Shown here piece by piece: positions 50,841-63,619 of a stretch of 64,000 nucleotides of DNA (within the stretch, counting starts at the first letter, position 1; the number at the start of each line of letters is the position of its first letter). A model generated the notes under the pieces. That model did no database searches and was not told where the DNA came from. It was given only the letters and a program-made list of their open reading frames with translations. Both the position numbers and the translations under genes were made by a program. This DNA is from Sminthopsis crassicaudata (lineage: Eukaryota). The stretch is from positions 75,116,478 to 75,180,477 of the forward strand of contig NC_133618.1 in the NCBI RefSeq assembly GCF_048593235.1, read 5' to 3'.

Positions 50841-51533
50841 TGATGAGGGTGAACCCTGAAACTGTGTTCCCTTTAATTTGTAAAAGAAGGGAGATTAGGG
50901 ATCTCAAGCTCTCCCCTGGGAAAAGCATACCTCTCCCAGACAATCCCTCTTAAGTGGTTACATTCAGTTGGAAATCTTGGAGGGAAATCTTGCATCCTCT
51001 ATGGGGTTGAAGATTAGTCGGGGACCACTCTTAATCCCATTTAAGTGGTCTTAGTTGGAGATCTTGACCCAATATTCCTATTGAGTGGCTTGAAATTCCA
51101 AGATAAGTCCTCTTTTTTCAACTGGAAATCTAGGCCTGGGGTCATTGACAACATTTAGGGATACTCATTCAATTTTTAATGAAAACCCTAATCTCAGACA
51201 GCTAATTAAAGATAATTCTGAACTCCAAATCTCTGCCGAAGTCCAAAACAGGAATTAGTCTTGCCAAGGAAACTCTCTTCTTTGCAAAGTTGCCTGTTGG
51301 GACTCTTGATCACTGTGAAGATGTTCTCTTCTCAGTGTTAACTTTTGTCATTTTCCCTGACAGGACCTTACCCACTGAGAAGTCTGTCTTTCTAGCAAAG
51401 CTGGCTTCTCAGTGCTAATAAAAATCCCTTTTGCCATTCAGATTTCGGGTTTGTGAATGCTTTCGCATTGGACCTGCTTCTCTGAACTATAGGAGATTCT
51501 CCATCTCAATTCTCTACCATTAGCACCCCATCA
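50841..51533 (+). mobile_element. ERV solo LTR (family A)
   Basis: TGATG...CATCA inverted termini, AATAAA at about 51417, near-TSD ATTA/GTTA. Confidence 0.75.
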
Positions 51534-52571
51534 GTTACAAAGCACTTTTGCATCATTGTTCCTTAGGATCCTCCCAAGTCTTTAAGGTAAATAATATAAG
51601 TTTTGTTATCACTCTTTTTAAATAGATAAAATAACTGAGACTTAATGAGCTGACATAATTTCCCAAAGATCATATAGCTAGTAACCAGCAGGGGCAGAAC
51701 CAGAAGGTCGTCTCCCTCATAATCAATCAGAAAGTGATGTGACCTCTAAACCAGTTTGTTCTCAGGAATTGCTAAAAAAAAAAAAAAAAAAAAAAAAAAT
51801 TAGTCTATCCTGTTCCCATATCAATTATTATAAGATAAGTTTTTCTAGATTGTCTTTAGCATAAAATGAAGTGAAGCTGGAGCTCTGGAATCAGTTCTAG
51901 GTCTCCCATCATTAGTACTCCAATCTCTGAAACTGTCTTGATTACCATCTTTAGATAACCAAACTCCTCCCTGGACCCAGCCCTTACTCCTCCCCCTTGA
52001 GACTTTAAAATTGATTTCCCTAAAAATAGCAAGTTGCTTAATAAGAATGATTCTGCCTTGCTAAGTCACATTTGGTTAAGTCTATGAGCTATTTCACATA
52101 ATAAATGGCAAAGCTCTGTAACCTGTAATAGATATCTCTGACCTGATTTCTTGTATCTTTAATCATTATGTACACCCAAATCTATTTTGTATTTCTGTTC
52201 CATATTATCACTTCAATACACATAGCCTTATGCACCTACTAAGTGTCAGACATAGATCTAGCATTTATTGTGCAAGTATATTTTTTTCTGAGTACAAGTA
52301 AACTATTATCTGGGCCAGATCCAAAGAACTAAGATTACACAGGGGAAGGGGAGTGTCATTATTTTAAGTCTGGAATCCATCCAGCATTTTCTTTCTACCT
52401 TCTAAAGTACCCATTGGAGTCATCTTGCCACTATACACAAATACTGAGCCAAGGAATTAAGTATACACAGAATACATGATACTGATGGGATTTGGAATCA
52501 AATGATGTAATGTGAGAGCAATTGCAGGTTCCAAATGATGTGATCTAAGGTTCAACACCAAATATTGAGAT

Positions 52572-53150
52572 TGATGTGGGCACAAAATGTTGGGGTTCAA
52601 TCATATGACAAGGACCATTGTCTTTGACAAAAGGTAGATTTATTTAGGTGATTACAGGCAAAATGAAGAAATGCAAAAGACACCAAGAATAGTAAATGTG
52701 AAATATAATTGGGAGTGCATATGGGCAATAAGGAAAGGAGTTTTAACAATTAATGACAAAAAAGACAAGTTCCCTGTGGAACTCACAATTAACCAACAGA
52801 AAGAGAACACCCCATGAGGTTGGAGTATGGCACTCTTTAGCAAAAAAAGATTTGGCTGGCAGGCTAAATAGCACAAAATATTTAGCACCCTAAAAGAGTT
52901 AGTTAGCTATAAGGAGAAAGAATAGAGACATGGTGGAAGATGAAAGGAGAGACACCACATGACATGAGGGAGAAAGGGGAAAAGAAAGAAACCATGAGGC
53001 AGAGTGTCATGGTGGGCTATAACCCAAAAGGGATTCAACAAAGATGGCATGAGCCATGTACATATTTAATGGGGAAGTTCAATCTCAGGGGTTCGATATC
53101 ATTTGGATTTCTGACCAAACATAAAAAGTAAGGCTGCCCACAATCTCCAC
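52572..53150 (-). mobile_element. ERV solo LTR (family B)
   Basis: Begins tgatgtgg. aaaaggtagatttatttagg and accctaaaagagttagttagctataaggagaa are shared with 57935-58540. Confidence 0.6.
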
Positions 53151-55462
53151 AAAGGGTTGGACTTTGAGGTTAAAATGATCCCTATCAGTATCCTTCCCTG
53201 CCTGCCCCAAGAAGCAATCCCATCAATAATCCAGTCCTCTGCAAATCGCATCCACTTTCTCATCATTTATCCACTGTTTTAATTGGTTAAAGAAATCTTT
53301 TGCAAAGTGTGTCAAGGGTCTCAAAATAGAACAGAATCTAAGGAATCAATACTGAAATTTTAGGGGCCAAATCCAGGGACACTTATTAAGTAACGTCCAA
53401 AAGTTGGAAATGAAATACAACGGCCTGTGAGATTCCAGTGCTACACAGATGAATTGAAGTCAAAGTTTGGTGCCAATTCAAGGGTACTAGTTTGTTATCA
53501 GGGCAAAAATTAGAATAGGGTCAGTTTTCTCCTTAGTGAGGATCCATTCAGACATTGGCTAGTATTTTGCTGGGGTCCAGTTGCCCCAACAGTACCATGA
53601 AAACAACACAAGAATAGGAGCCTAAAGACCTAGATTTTTGTCCTGATACAACCACTTGCTCATTGTGCGATCCTGATCAAATTATTTCCCTTTGAGGGAG
53701 AAGAGGAGGGTGCATTTTTCTAAACAGTAAAATTTTTTAGAATAACTTAGATCTCTGCAAAGTTTCTTTCTAGCTCAAAGAATTTTATGAATCTCTGAAA
53801 ATAGCCTGATGGAGAGTTAAAGAGAGATAAGACAAGGTAGTACTTTTTTCTTACTTAATATCAACTGAATGCCTTGTATCTCTAGAAAAAAATCAGAGAC
53901 AGTGGTCAAGACAATTCCACTCATAGTGAAAGAGTATGTTGCCAGGAAATGCTTGGAGAGGAGCCACTGGTGCTCTAGTTTACAAAAGAAACTAAAAAAC
54001 ATCAGAACACCAGTTTGGTTTCCCTAGCCCTCATCTCCAGCTCCATGGAACAGCAAAAATATGCTAGATTTTTGCACAAAGTAACAGAAAACTTATCTCA
54101 GAACAAGTGATCAGTAATTGTTGAATGAATAAATGGAATAAATGAACTTAAAAGTTAGGAATGCATAATAAATCATGAAGGAATTCTGACTTTATAAATA
54201 GATGCATGTGTAGCAAGCACCTCTGAAGTTACCAAGGAGATGTGGATGCTACAAATGGACACCTGTTAATCAGAATGGAACTTTCATAGAATTCCTCTAC
54301 TTGGTCCTCAAAAATTAAAGATTCATACAACTTGAATCAGACTATAAATGAAAAACTAATTTTCTATCCCAGGGAAAATTAACAGTCCCAGAAATGTGCG
54401 AAACTGGAAATGAATATAAGCAAACAAGACAAGGCAAGTTGCTGTAAGAGTGAAAGCAGGTATTAAAAGGTGATTAACGGATGGGATAAGTACATCATGA
54501 CTCTAGTTCCTGAAAATTAATCCCTTCAACAAAGAGCTAGTATCTAGAATTAGAAGTGATGATCTAATAGATATATTCATTTTATATTTGGGGAAATAGA
54601 TTTTTAGAAAGGTGAGGTGATTTTGCCAGTCACAAAAGAGATAAGTAGAATGATCAAGATTGAAGGTAAAGTTTTGATTCCATATTAAGCACTCATTCCA
54701 CTAAAACATAAGCATCCTTTCTTTAATGTTTCCTATATACTTTAAAAATTTCCCCAATTCGAGGAGCTTAGTCCTTTGGATGTCTTTTCTCATTTCACTC
54801 TCCCTTAGTTTGCATGGTTTCAATTATTACCTCCACAAAAATTACTCTTAAATTTGTGTCTTGACCCATGATACCCCTCCCAAAAAAGTTTAAATTTCAC
54901 AATTCCAAAAGTCAACTGAAATATGAAGCTAAGTATTCCTTTTCCCCACTCCCATCATAACCAGGATTTTAAATCAATAGACAAGTCAATTATCTATGCT
55001 TCTAAACCTAACCCCTCTTCTATTCTCCATATCTCTATTGAGGGTATCAGCATTTTCAATGCTATGCAGTTTTGAACACTTGAACTCATGTTTCCTTTCC
55101 CTTGTGCCCAACATCTAATCAATTATTACTTTCTATTTTGATTTTACCTCAATAATAACCCATTCATTCCCTCTATTCCATTCCTACTATAACTATTCTA
55201 GTTCTTCTTCTCATTGCCTCTCAAATATATGATCATGATATCCTCCAAATTGGATTTACTGCCTCCAATATTCTTCAATCTATACTTCAAAACTGTCAAA
55301 ACAGCATGCCTAAGAAGCATGTCTCATCATGTTACTTTCTCAAACATTTTCAAAGATATTGTCTGAAAACAAAACCATCTTGGCATTCAAGGACCTTTAC
55401 AATCTGAATTCTACCTTCCTTTTCAAACTTTTGCTTTAAACTTCCTTTTGATGAGATACAAA

Positions 55463-56013
55463 TGATAAAGCTAGTGGTCAAGAATCGGAGTGGGGGATCC
55501 CCTCTGGCTGGCACAGGTCCAATGGGAAAGAATTCACAAACCCAAAAATTCTGTATGGAAAAAAGGATTTTTATTGGCACTGAGAATCCAGTTTTACTAG
55601 GAACACAAACTTCTCAGTTTGTAAGGTTTGTAAGGGAAATAACAAAGGTTAACACTGAGAAGAGAATATCTTCACAGTGGGCAAGAGTCCTGACAGGCAG
55701 CTTTGACAAAAAGAGAGCTACCTTGGCAAAGCATAATCCTGTTTTGGACTTCTGCAAAGATCTGGGCTTCAGAGTTGTCTTTTATTAACCATCTGAAACT
55801 TGGGCTCTTATTCACAATTGAATAAGATTCCTTCAATGTTGCCAATGCCTGGGACTTAGATCTCTAAAAGAAAAGAGATCTCTTATTTTAGGGGTTGGGC
55901 CACTGGGAGTGGTCCCAGACTAATCTCTAACTGAATGAGACCAATTAACTGCCCTAAAGGATAGAGCCTCTTTCAAAGGAGAGTTTGGACAGTCTCAGGG
56001 TTTAGCCCCATAA
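55463..56013 (-). mobile_element. ERV solo LTR (family A relative, inverted relative to 50841-51533)
   Basis: Reverse-complement homology, e.g. gttaacactgagaagagaatatcttcacagtg vs cactgtgaagatgttctcttctcagtgttaac, and cagtctcagggtttagccccat vs atgagggtgaaccctgaaactg. Confidence 0.7.
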
Positions 56014-57117
56014 TTTTCCTGCTCTAAATGGCAATTTTTTTGCCATTTTTTATTCAGAGATTGGGATATGACTGAAGCCAGTTACTAGAATGGAACCCAC
56101 TATAATTCTACTTGTAGAAATACATCTTTTTTTCAAGGCAAGAGTCAGGTGATACTACTGTGAAGAACTTCCTAATGCACACAGCTATAGGCAACTAAAC
56201 ACTACTGAATGTGTTTTTTAAATCTGACCATTCCTATGCATCTATCATATTTCATTGTGTCTGTTCCAATACACTCTGCTACATAGTATATTTCTTGAGG
56301 AAAAACAATATGCCACTTTTCATCTTTATTTCTCCAGCACACAACAGCAAATTGTTGTTTTTAATATATGTTGAATTTAATTGAATTGATAGGAGACCTT
56401 CTTAGGAAAAGATTCTGCTAATGAAGACTTGGTAGACTGGACAAGGAAATTAAACTTAAAAACATAAGACTAACAGGGAACTTCTCTTTGAGGACATGAT
56501 TTCCTTTTCCATGAAACTTGCTGTGTCTTACAGCTCCAGCCTACCCACTTCTACCCACTACCAACTGTTAGAATTTCCACTCTGTGATATTGTGCTCCCT
56601 TTGATGAACTTTCCTCTCCCCCCATCCAGCCCATATCGCTTTCTTCATACCATGACCCAGAGTGAAATTCCTCCCACATTTCCAAACCTCTTCTTTCTAA
56701 TTCTTGCTCTGAGAACACAATCAAATCAATATTACTATTCTTAGAAAGGACATGTCAATCATTTATCCTATAATTCTAATCACCATTTCTTCAGACTTCC
56801 CCAACCAAAACATTCCTTCCAGGTCACCATTCCCTATATATTATCTTCCCCTATTAAAATGTAAACTCCTCAAGGACAGGATGTGTTTTCCTTGCTTTTA
56901 TTTTGCATTTCCCATTTTTAATGGCCTAGGGCATTGAATGAGAACAAAGGAATGAAAGAATGATTCGGAACTATAATGTATGGATGGGATGGGGGGGGGA
57001 GAATAATATTACTGGACTACAAAGAAGGGTTTAATTAGAATACTATGAAGTAGATTAGGACCAACTTCTGGGGGAGATTTTGAGTCCTAAAAATTAAGTG
57101 TATAAACATGCACAAAC

Positions 57118-57403
57118 ATTATGTCTCAGAGAGATCTTCCTTGTAGGGGAAAGAACAGAGGAACCTGGACACATGTTTATAACTAATAAGTTTCTCAGGG
57201 AGCAAAGGTCCCCAGTGTCGAGATATGGAAGAAAGAGAGAGAGACAAAGAAATAGAGAGACAGACAGACAGACAGACAGATGGGGAGGTGGAAGAGAGAG
57301 AGTAAAGGTGAAAAATCCTAACCTGAGGAGGATCAAGAATGCTTCAAGAAAGCAGAAACAAGAAACAATGTCCTCAAACTCCACTCAAGATAATCAGGTA
57401 AAC
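57118..57403 (+). promoter_or_regulatory. E4 promoter module and predicted 5' exon with donor
   Basis: TAATAA 57184-57189, TTCTCAGGGA 57192-57201, degenerate second site 57209-57218, donor CAG|GTAAAC at 57398. A (GA)n/(GACA)n tract lies inside the module. Confidence 0.6.
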
Positions 57404-57513
57404 TGGAAGGGAGCTAGGAAGAGATGATTTTTAATATCTGCATTTCAGGTACCATAAAAGTTGTGACCTATGATCCCAATGCAAGATGAATTGTTCTCAA
57501 GGAGACAAATTTC

Positions 57514-57545
<32 letters not shown>

Positions 57546-57934
57546 GAAGTATTTTAATGGCTCAGTATTGCTTCTATAGAATACAATCTCAAGTCAAGGA
57601 ATTGTTTTGGTTTTGCCTTTATATATTCTCAAAAGTTAACACTGTTAATAGGGATAAATAATATTTGATTTTGAAAAATTGTGGAAATGGCTTTAATTTC
57701 TCTTCTGAATTGAATCAGTAACCCTAAAAGTTACTGGATGACATCCTTTTATTCTGATGTCTACTGCATTCCCTCAGGCTTGTATCTCTTTCTCATAATT
57801 CAGCAATAAGAAATGCAGGTTGGATGACAGAAAGAGATAAAGTTGGAGAGAGAAATGGATGCCACACTGTAGATCCCTAGCAGTAGCATAGCAATGGAGA
57901 GAACCATCTTAGACAAGAATCTATAAATCCAAAG

Positions 57935-58540
57935 TGATGTGGCTAATGTAAACACCAGACGCTGGGTTTCAGTTATGTGAAGAATTCACAATGACCATTC
58001 TCTTTGGTAAAAGGTAGATTTATTTAGGGAAGAGGTCACAGACAAAATGAAGGGATACAATGGATACCAGGAATAGTAAATATGAAATAGAGTGGGAGAG
58101 CATAAGACAAGTTCCTTAATGGAACTCATAATTATCCAATAGAAATGGAGCATCCCATGAGATTGGGACATGTCCTTAGTTAGCAAGCTAAATCCAAAGA
58201 GAAATTACCCTAAAAGAGTTAGTTAGCTATAAGGAGAAGTGGGGTTGAAAAACACAGTGGAGTTAAGAGAGATACCATGTAGCATGGGGGAGTGGTTTGG
58301 AGAAAGACATCATGAGACAGAGTACTAGGACAGACTGACCTAAAGAAGGACAATCAAGGGATAGGATATAGGTAGAATTTAACCTCAGGGAAATGATTGG
58401 AATTTCTGACAGGACATAATAAAGTGAGAATGTCTAAGACTCCTGTAGAGGGTGGGTCTCAGGGATTTGACTTAACTTAGATTTCTGACTGGATGACCAA
58501 CAGAAGTTGGAACCCCAGAGCTAAACTAATATCTATCAGT
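57935..58540 (-). mobile_element. ERV solo LTR (family B) inserted in the E4 intron
   Basis: Interrupts sequence homologous to 17250 and 35445 (agacaagaatctata). Same diagnostic blocks as 52572-53150. Confidence 0.6.
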
Positions 58541-59849
58541 GACTTTTCCCTGATTGCCTCAAGAATCAGTTTTCAGTTTCTCTCTGTCCAACACCATTCA
58601 GGTGCTCATCACAAAACATCAAATGAAATCAAATGCCATGTCTCATCACAGCTCATTCACCAATACTGTGAGGTTTTTTCCAAAGTGTAAATAATATATC
58701 CCAAGACAATTCAAACATAAAATTGAAATGCAAGAGAACTAAGTATACTGTAGAAAACTGTAAGCTGTCCTTCATGTTATTTTGTTCAGTTGTTATGTTC
58801 AACTCTCCATAACTTCATTTGTGGTTTTCTTGACAAAGATACTGAAGTGGTTTGTCATTTCTGTCTCCAGCTCTCTGAGTAAAGCAGAATTGCAGTGGCA
58901 CAAATTTAGAGACATCTCCATTCCAAATATTCATACAGACTATTTGTGCCCAATATACAATACAGCCTACCTAGCTTATAGCCACAGTCAGACACACCAT
59001 ATACTGTACATGGACATTTACAGTGTCATTTTAATCCTCTTTGAATATCAAGAACCACCACCAATTTTCAACTCATTGTACATAGGATGTAACTGAGGCA
59101 CAGAAGGTTTAAGTGACTAGTCCAAGGTCATATAGCTAGGGGGTAGCTAAGTCTAGATTTGAATTCAGAATTTCCTGACTCTAGGCCTAGTGCTCTATCC
59201 ACTGAACCACCTTTGCCTTCATCCTTGATAAATTCAAGCTTAATTATGGAACATGGTATAGAAATTTTAAGAATATGATTAATGAACTGCTTCTAAAATT
59301 CATGGTAAATGCAAAACCTATTATAGAACCATATTATTAACTACTACATTTATAGAGGAATGGTTTCTGAGCAGTAGTAAGAGAATCAGTATTCTCTAAA
59401 AAAGATTGTTCATTGAGAACAAATCATACCAGACTAATCCCATTTCACTTTTTGATAAGTTTCCTAAATGACTAGAGGAAGGAAATACTGCAAACAAAGG
59501 ATAATCAGATTTTGGCAAGCCATTTGGCATGTCTCATGTGATATCTTTGTATACTAGATAAAAAAGATTTAGTCTTGTTAATTGTGGCTCCTAAATCTAA
59601 ATTTCACGGTTTTACCCAAATTATTGGGTCCATAATTATTGGATCCATTTGAACTCAGAGAGAGAAGTCTCTAGAATGGTACCTCAAGGTTCTTTCTTTG
59701 GCTCTGTTTTATTTAAATACTTTTATCAGTGACTTGATTGAAGACAAAAACAGGGTGCTTATCAAATTTGTATTTAATATTAAGTGGAAGAAGTTATTTA
59801 TACATTGAATAATAGATTTTGAATACAAAAAATATCAACAAATTATAAT

Positions 59850-60090
59850 AGTCATATCGTATTTGAATATTTTATATCATTGTGTTATAATTCATACGAC
59901 TATTGCATATGAGTGTATTTTATGATTACCCATTATGTTATACATAACACGTGTAATATATTATATAATATGGGTATAATGTATTATTAATTATTATCAT
60001 ATATTATATATTCATTATATATTTATATTATATATTTTATCTATTATATATTAACATTTATTAATACATAATTATTATATATTATTAATA
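59850..60090. repeat. AT-rich low-complexity tract
   Basis: Imperfect (TA/TTA)n. Confidence 0.7.
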
Positions 60091-60209
60091 TGAACTTTAA
60101 TAGGAGTGAACATTATTTCTTAACCTTATGTTTAAAACATCAATTATACAAAGACATGATGTGGAAAACTTGGCTAAGAAGCATATGACATACAAAGGAG
60201 CCAAGGATT

Positions 60210-60351
60210 GGGGCAGCTAGGTGGCACAGTGGATAGAGCACCAGCCCTGAAATCAGGAGGATCTGGGTTAAAATGTGACCTCAGACACTTAACACTTTAC
60301 ACTTCCTAGCTATGTAACATTGGGCAAGTCACTTAACTCCAGTTGTTTTAG

Positions 60352-60387
<36 letters not shown>
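60210..60387 (+). mobile_element. WSINE1 with 34-nt poly(A) tail and TSD AAGGATT
   Basis: gggcagctaggtggcacagtggatagagcaccagccctgaaatcaggagg head, A34 at 60354-60387, AAGGATT at 60203-60209 and 60391-60397. Confidence 0.9.
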
Positions 60388-60390
<3 letters not shown>

Positions 60391-62668
60391 AAGGATTTTA
60401 CTAGACTGCAAATATTTGTCAATGAGAATCAATAGTGATATCACACATACAAAAGCAAATGTGATCTTAGACTACCACTGACAGAACTGCAATGTCCAAA
60501 GGGAGGAAGATTCTTGTCCTATTATTCTCTGCCTAGCCAAACCACATCTGCAGGATTGTGGTTCCATTTGGGTGTCAGGAAAATACAGTGACATACTTCA
60601 TTATGTTTGAGAAGAGAGGCAAGGATGGTGAGCAAAGCCATGCAATATCACAAAATGAGATTTCCTCATTTGAATAGTACCTCAAATTCAGAACTATACC
60701 AGGTGGGAATATCTAGGTGTTCCCTGAAACCACAACTGATTCCAAATTGTTTTTTGCATTATGTCACACTATCCAGTTTGCTCACTTGAAGAAATTAAAT
60801 ACATTTTGTTTAAAAAAAAGAGAAGCCCTATTTAAGAAGTTGGGAAGTGAAATTACTTCTTTTTAAAAATATTTTAAAAGATATATTGTATAAGAGGTTA
60901 ATATTAACTTTGTTCTTCTTGTCCCTTGAAGCAAAACTATATCAAATGAGTAAAAATTACAAAGAGGTACATTTGGAAACAGAAGGCAAATCTTTTTTTA
61001 ACTGTGAGAACTGTCCATATCTGGCATGAGCAATATCAGGGAATTCTACCTATTCACCAGAAAAATGGGATTATTTACAGAAATGAGGTGACTGAAAAAA
61101 AAATACATATGTACAGGCAGAAATTCAGTTGTATCACCAGGAAGAAATTGTTTTCTAGAACATTTGAAGTACCTACTTTAAAGGAGAGTATAGGAAAGGA
61201 TCTTCTGTTCTGGAGAGATGGACAGGCTGAGAATAAAGAATTTAAACAAAGATGATATTTTTCCCAATTTATGTTTTTTTAACTTAAACTGGAATTTGTT
61301 TTTCTTACTTAAGCTGGAAGGAACCTCTGGCAATAATTTTTTTAAAATCATACATTTTAATAAATATGTATTTTTGAGATCATATAGAACCTCAGAGTAT
61401 AAGATATGGTAGGGATCTGAGATTTCATCTAAACTCCTCATTTTGTAAGTGAAAAAACTATTGCCCAAAAAAAATCGTTATCTTGAGTCAAACAGTAAAC
61501 AAATAGTTGAATTGAAATTCTAAATCAAATCTCCCAACCCCCAAGCTCCTTCTGTTTTTCTATTTTCATAGATCATTGTTTGGATTAAGATCCTACCAAC
61601 CATGGAACAAATTTTTTTGAAAAGCAGTGAGCTTTCTAAGTCTGGAAATCTTCAAGAAGAGGTGAGATGACCATTTGTCAGGAATATTACAAAGAGGGAT
61701 TTCTGTTCAAGTAAGAGCTAGATTAAATGGTCTCTGAGACTCCTTCCAACTCTAAAATTCCATGATTCTCTGATTTTAACTTGATCAAAGAAAGATAAGA
61801 AAATCTGTAGGACAACTTACAAGCCACAAGCCACAAGGTTCTCCCTAGTTACTTAAATATTATTATTTTCTTTGGTAGGTGGGTCTACCTAACAAATACC
61901 TTCAGTGGAACTCATTTCCTTCAAAAGATTTGGCCAAATTCATTCAATTCCCTGCTGGAATTGAATTCTGGAATTCATTCTGGAAAGGATGCTGATACTT
62001 TCCTTAGATATATTGGCCAGAGTTGTTTTATTCTACTTTTGCAGCCCAAATACATTGCTCCCCTAATTAGCAGAATCTTGAATGCTAAAGTAATGAGTTG
62101 GATTTATGTGCCAGGAAACAGGTCTTGGTTGAACATTTCAGGATAACAAAATGCTGGTCCCAAAATGTGATCATCACAAGATCACATAACTAGTAAGATG
62201 GTTAATTGGAAGAAGAACAGCTGAAATGCATAGACTTTTAAGAGGTCATCCAGTTAATCATTTACCCAGAAGAGGAATACCCACAGAAAGATCCCTAATA
62301 GGTGTCCATTCAACCTAAATTTGAATACTCAAGGTGCCTGGACTTCACTGCCTAACAAATTAATTTGGTCCAGTATTTATCAGCTGAGAACAGACAAGGG
62401 GAAAGAATACTTGATAAAATTGGGGACCTGTTTAAATCTCAGTTCAACCATTTATTCACATATCTATTCTATGAACCTCTATTTCATCACATAAAATGAA
62501 GGACTAGACTTGGTGATTGCTAAGTCTCCTTTCAACCCTGTTATGCTAGAAACAAACTCCTAAAAGAGATGTGTATTTATTAAAAATCATTTTAAAATCA
62601 AAAACAAAGCAAAACAAAAAAATCTTAGTTTAATTTTCTTTAATGAATGAATTTTTGTTTTCTTTCAG

Positions 62669-63619
62669 ATGAAGCAAGTTCATGATGAAAATGGGAATCA
62701 AACTATTATCTCTGAATTCCTTCTCCTGGGCATGCCTATTCAACCAGAGCTAAAGGCCCTTTTCTATGCCTATCTTACAACAGTCCTTGGGAACATGCTC
62801 ATCATCCTCTTGATCTATGTGGATTCCCGCCTCCATACACCCATGTATTTGTTCCTCACCAATCTGTCCTTCTCTGATATGTGCTTCTCCTCTGTGACAA
62901 TCCCCAAACTGCTGGTAAACATGCAGAGTTCAAAGCCAATCATCTCTTACACTAACTGCCTGGCCCAATTGTACTTCTTCCTTTTATTTGCAGATGTGGA
63001 GAGTTTCCTGCTGGTAGCCATGGCTTATGACCGGTATGTGGCCATCTGCTACCCATTGCACTACACAGTCATGATGAGCCCTAAGTTATGTGGTTCCCTT
63101 CTGGCACTGTCCTGGGTCCTGACTTTCTCCATCTCCTTACTGCATACCCTACTGGTATCTCAGATAGTCTTCTGTAACAGCAACATAATCCCCCATTTCT
63201 TCTGTGACATGTCTGCTCTGCTGAAACTGGCTTGTTCAGACATTCACATCAATGAGCTCATGATCTTTATCTTTGGGGGGCTTGTTATTGTAATACCATT
63301 TTTGCTAATTATTGCATCCTATTCCCGTATTCTTTTTTCTATACTCAAGGTGCCCTCTGTGAGGGGCATCCGCAAGGCTTTTTCTACCTGTAGCTCCCAC
63401 CTCTCAGTGGTCTCTCTCTTCTATGGGACAATCATTGGGCTTTACTTGTGTCCTTCAGCCAACAACTCCACAGTCAAGGAGACAGTCATGTCCATCATGT
63501 ACACTGTGGTAACACCAATGCTGAACCCTTTTATCTATAGTCTGAGGAATCAAGATATAAAAGGGGCTTTCAAGAAACTCCTGGAAGGAAGAAAATTCCC
63601 CTTCTCTCTGAAACTATGA
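62669..63619 (+). CDS. OR1E: Olfactory receptor OR1E-like, copy E4, 316 aa, in-frame 5-codon deletion in TM1 (possibly non-functional)
   Basis: OR1E motifs present. TM1 reads [12 protein letters not shown] versus [17 protein letters not shown] in E1/E2. ATG follows tttctttcag. Confidence 0.9.
   Translation: MKQVHDENGNQTIISEFLLLGMPIQPELKALFYAYLTTVLGNMLIILLIYVDSRLHTPMYLFLTNLSFSDMCFSSVTIPKLLVNMQSSKPIISYTNCLAQLYFFLLFADVESFLLVAMAYDRYVAICYPLHYTVMMSPKLCGSLLALSWVLTFSISLLHTLLVSQIVFCNSNIIPHFFCDMSALLKLACSDIHINELMIFIFGGLVIVIPFLLIIASYSRILFSILKVPSVRGIRKAFSTCSSHLSVVSLFYGTIIGLYLCPSANNSTVKETVMSIMYTVVTPMLNPFIYSLRNQDIKGAFKKLLEGRKFPFSLKL

Larger units (their letters stand above)
59290..60600 (+). mobile_element. 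CR1/L3 RT and 3' fragments
   Basis: gagaacaaatcataccagactaatcccatttcactttttgat, cagattttggcaagccatttg (DFSKAFD) and gcaaatgtgatcttagact. Confidence 0.6.

Noticed and set aside
51169-51182. CAATTTTTAATGA, close to the 13-mer AACTTTTTAATGA homeodomain element of OR enhancers
   Set aside because: Lies inside an LTR in AT-rich sequence, with two mismatches and no adjacent good O/E site.
53360-53395. TCCAGGGA next to CTTATTAAG as a possible extra HD/O-E composite
   Set aside because: The O/E half-site is poor at the required spacing, and there is no homologous exon or donor nearby.
55462-55788. 108-aa ORF
   Set aside because: Lies wholly within a solo LTR, with no recognisable retroviral protein motifs.
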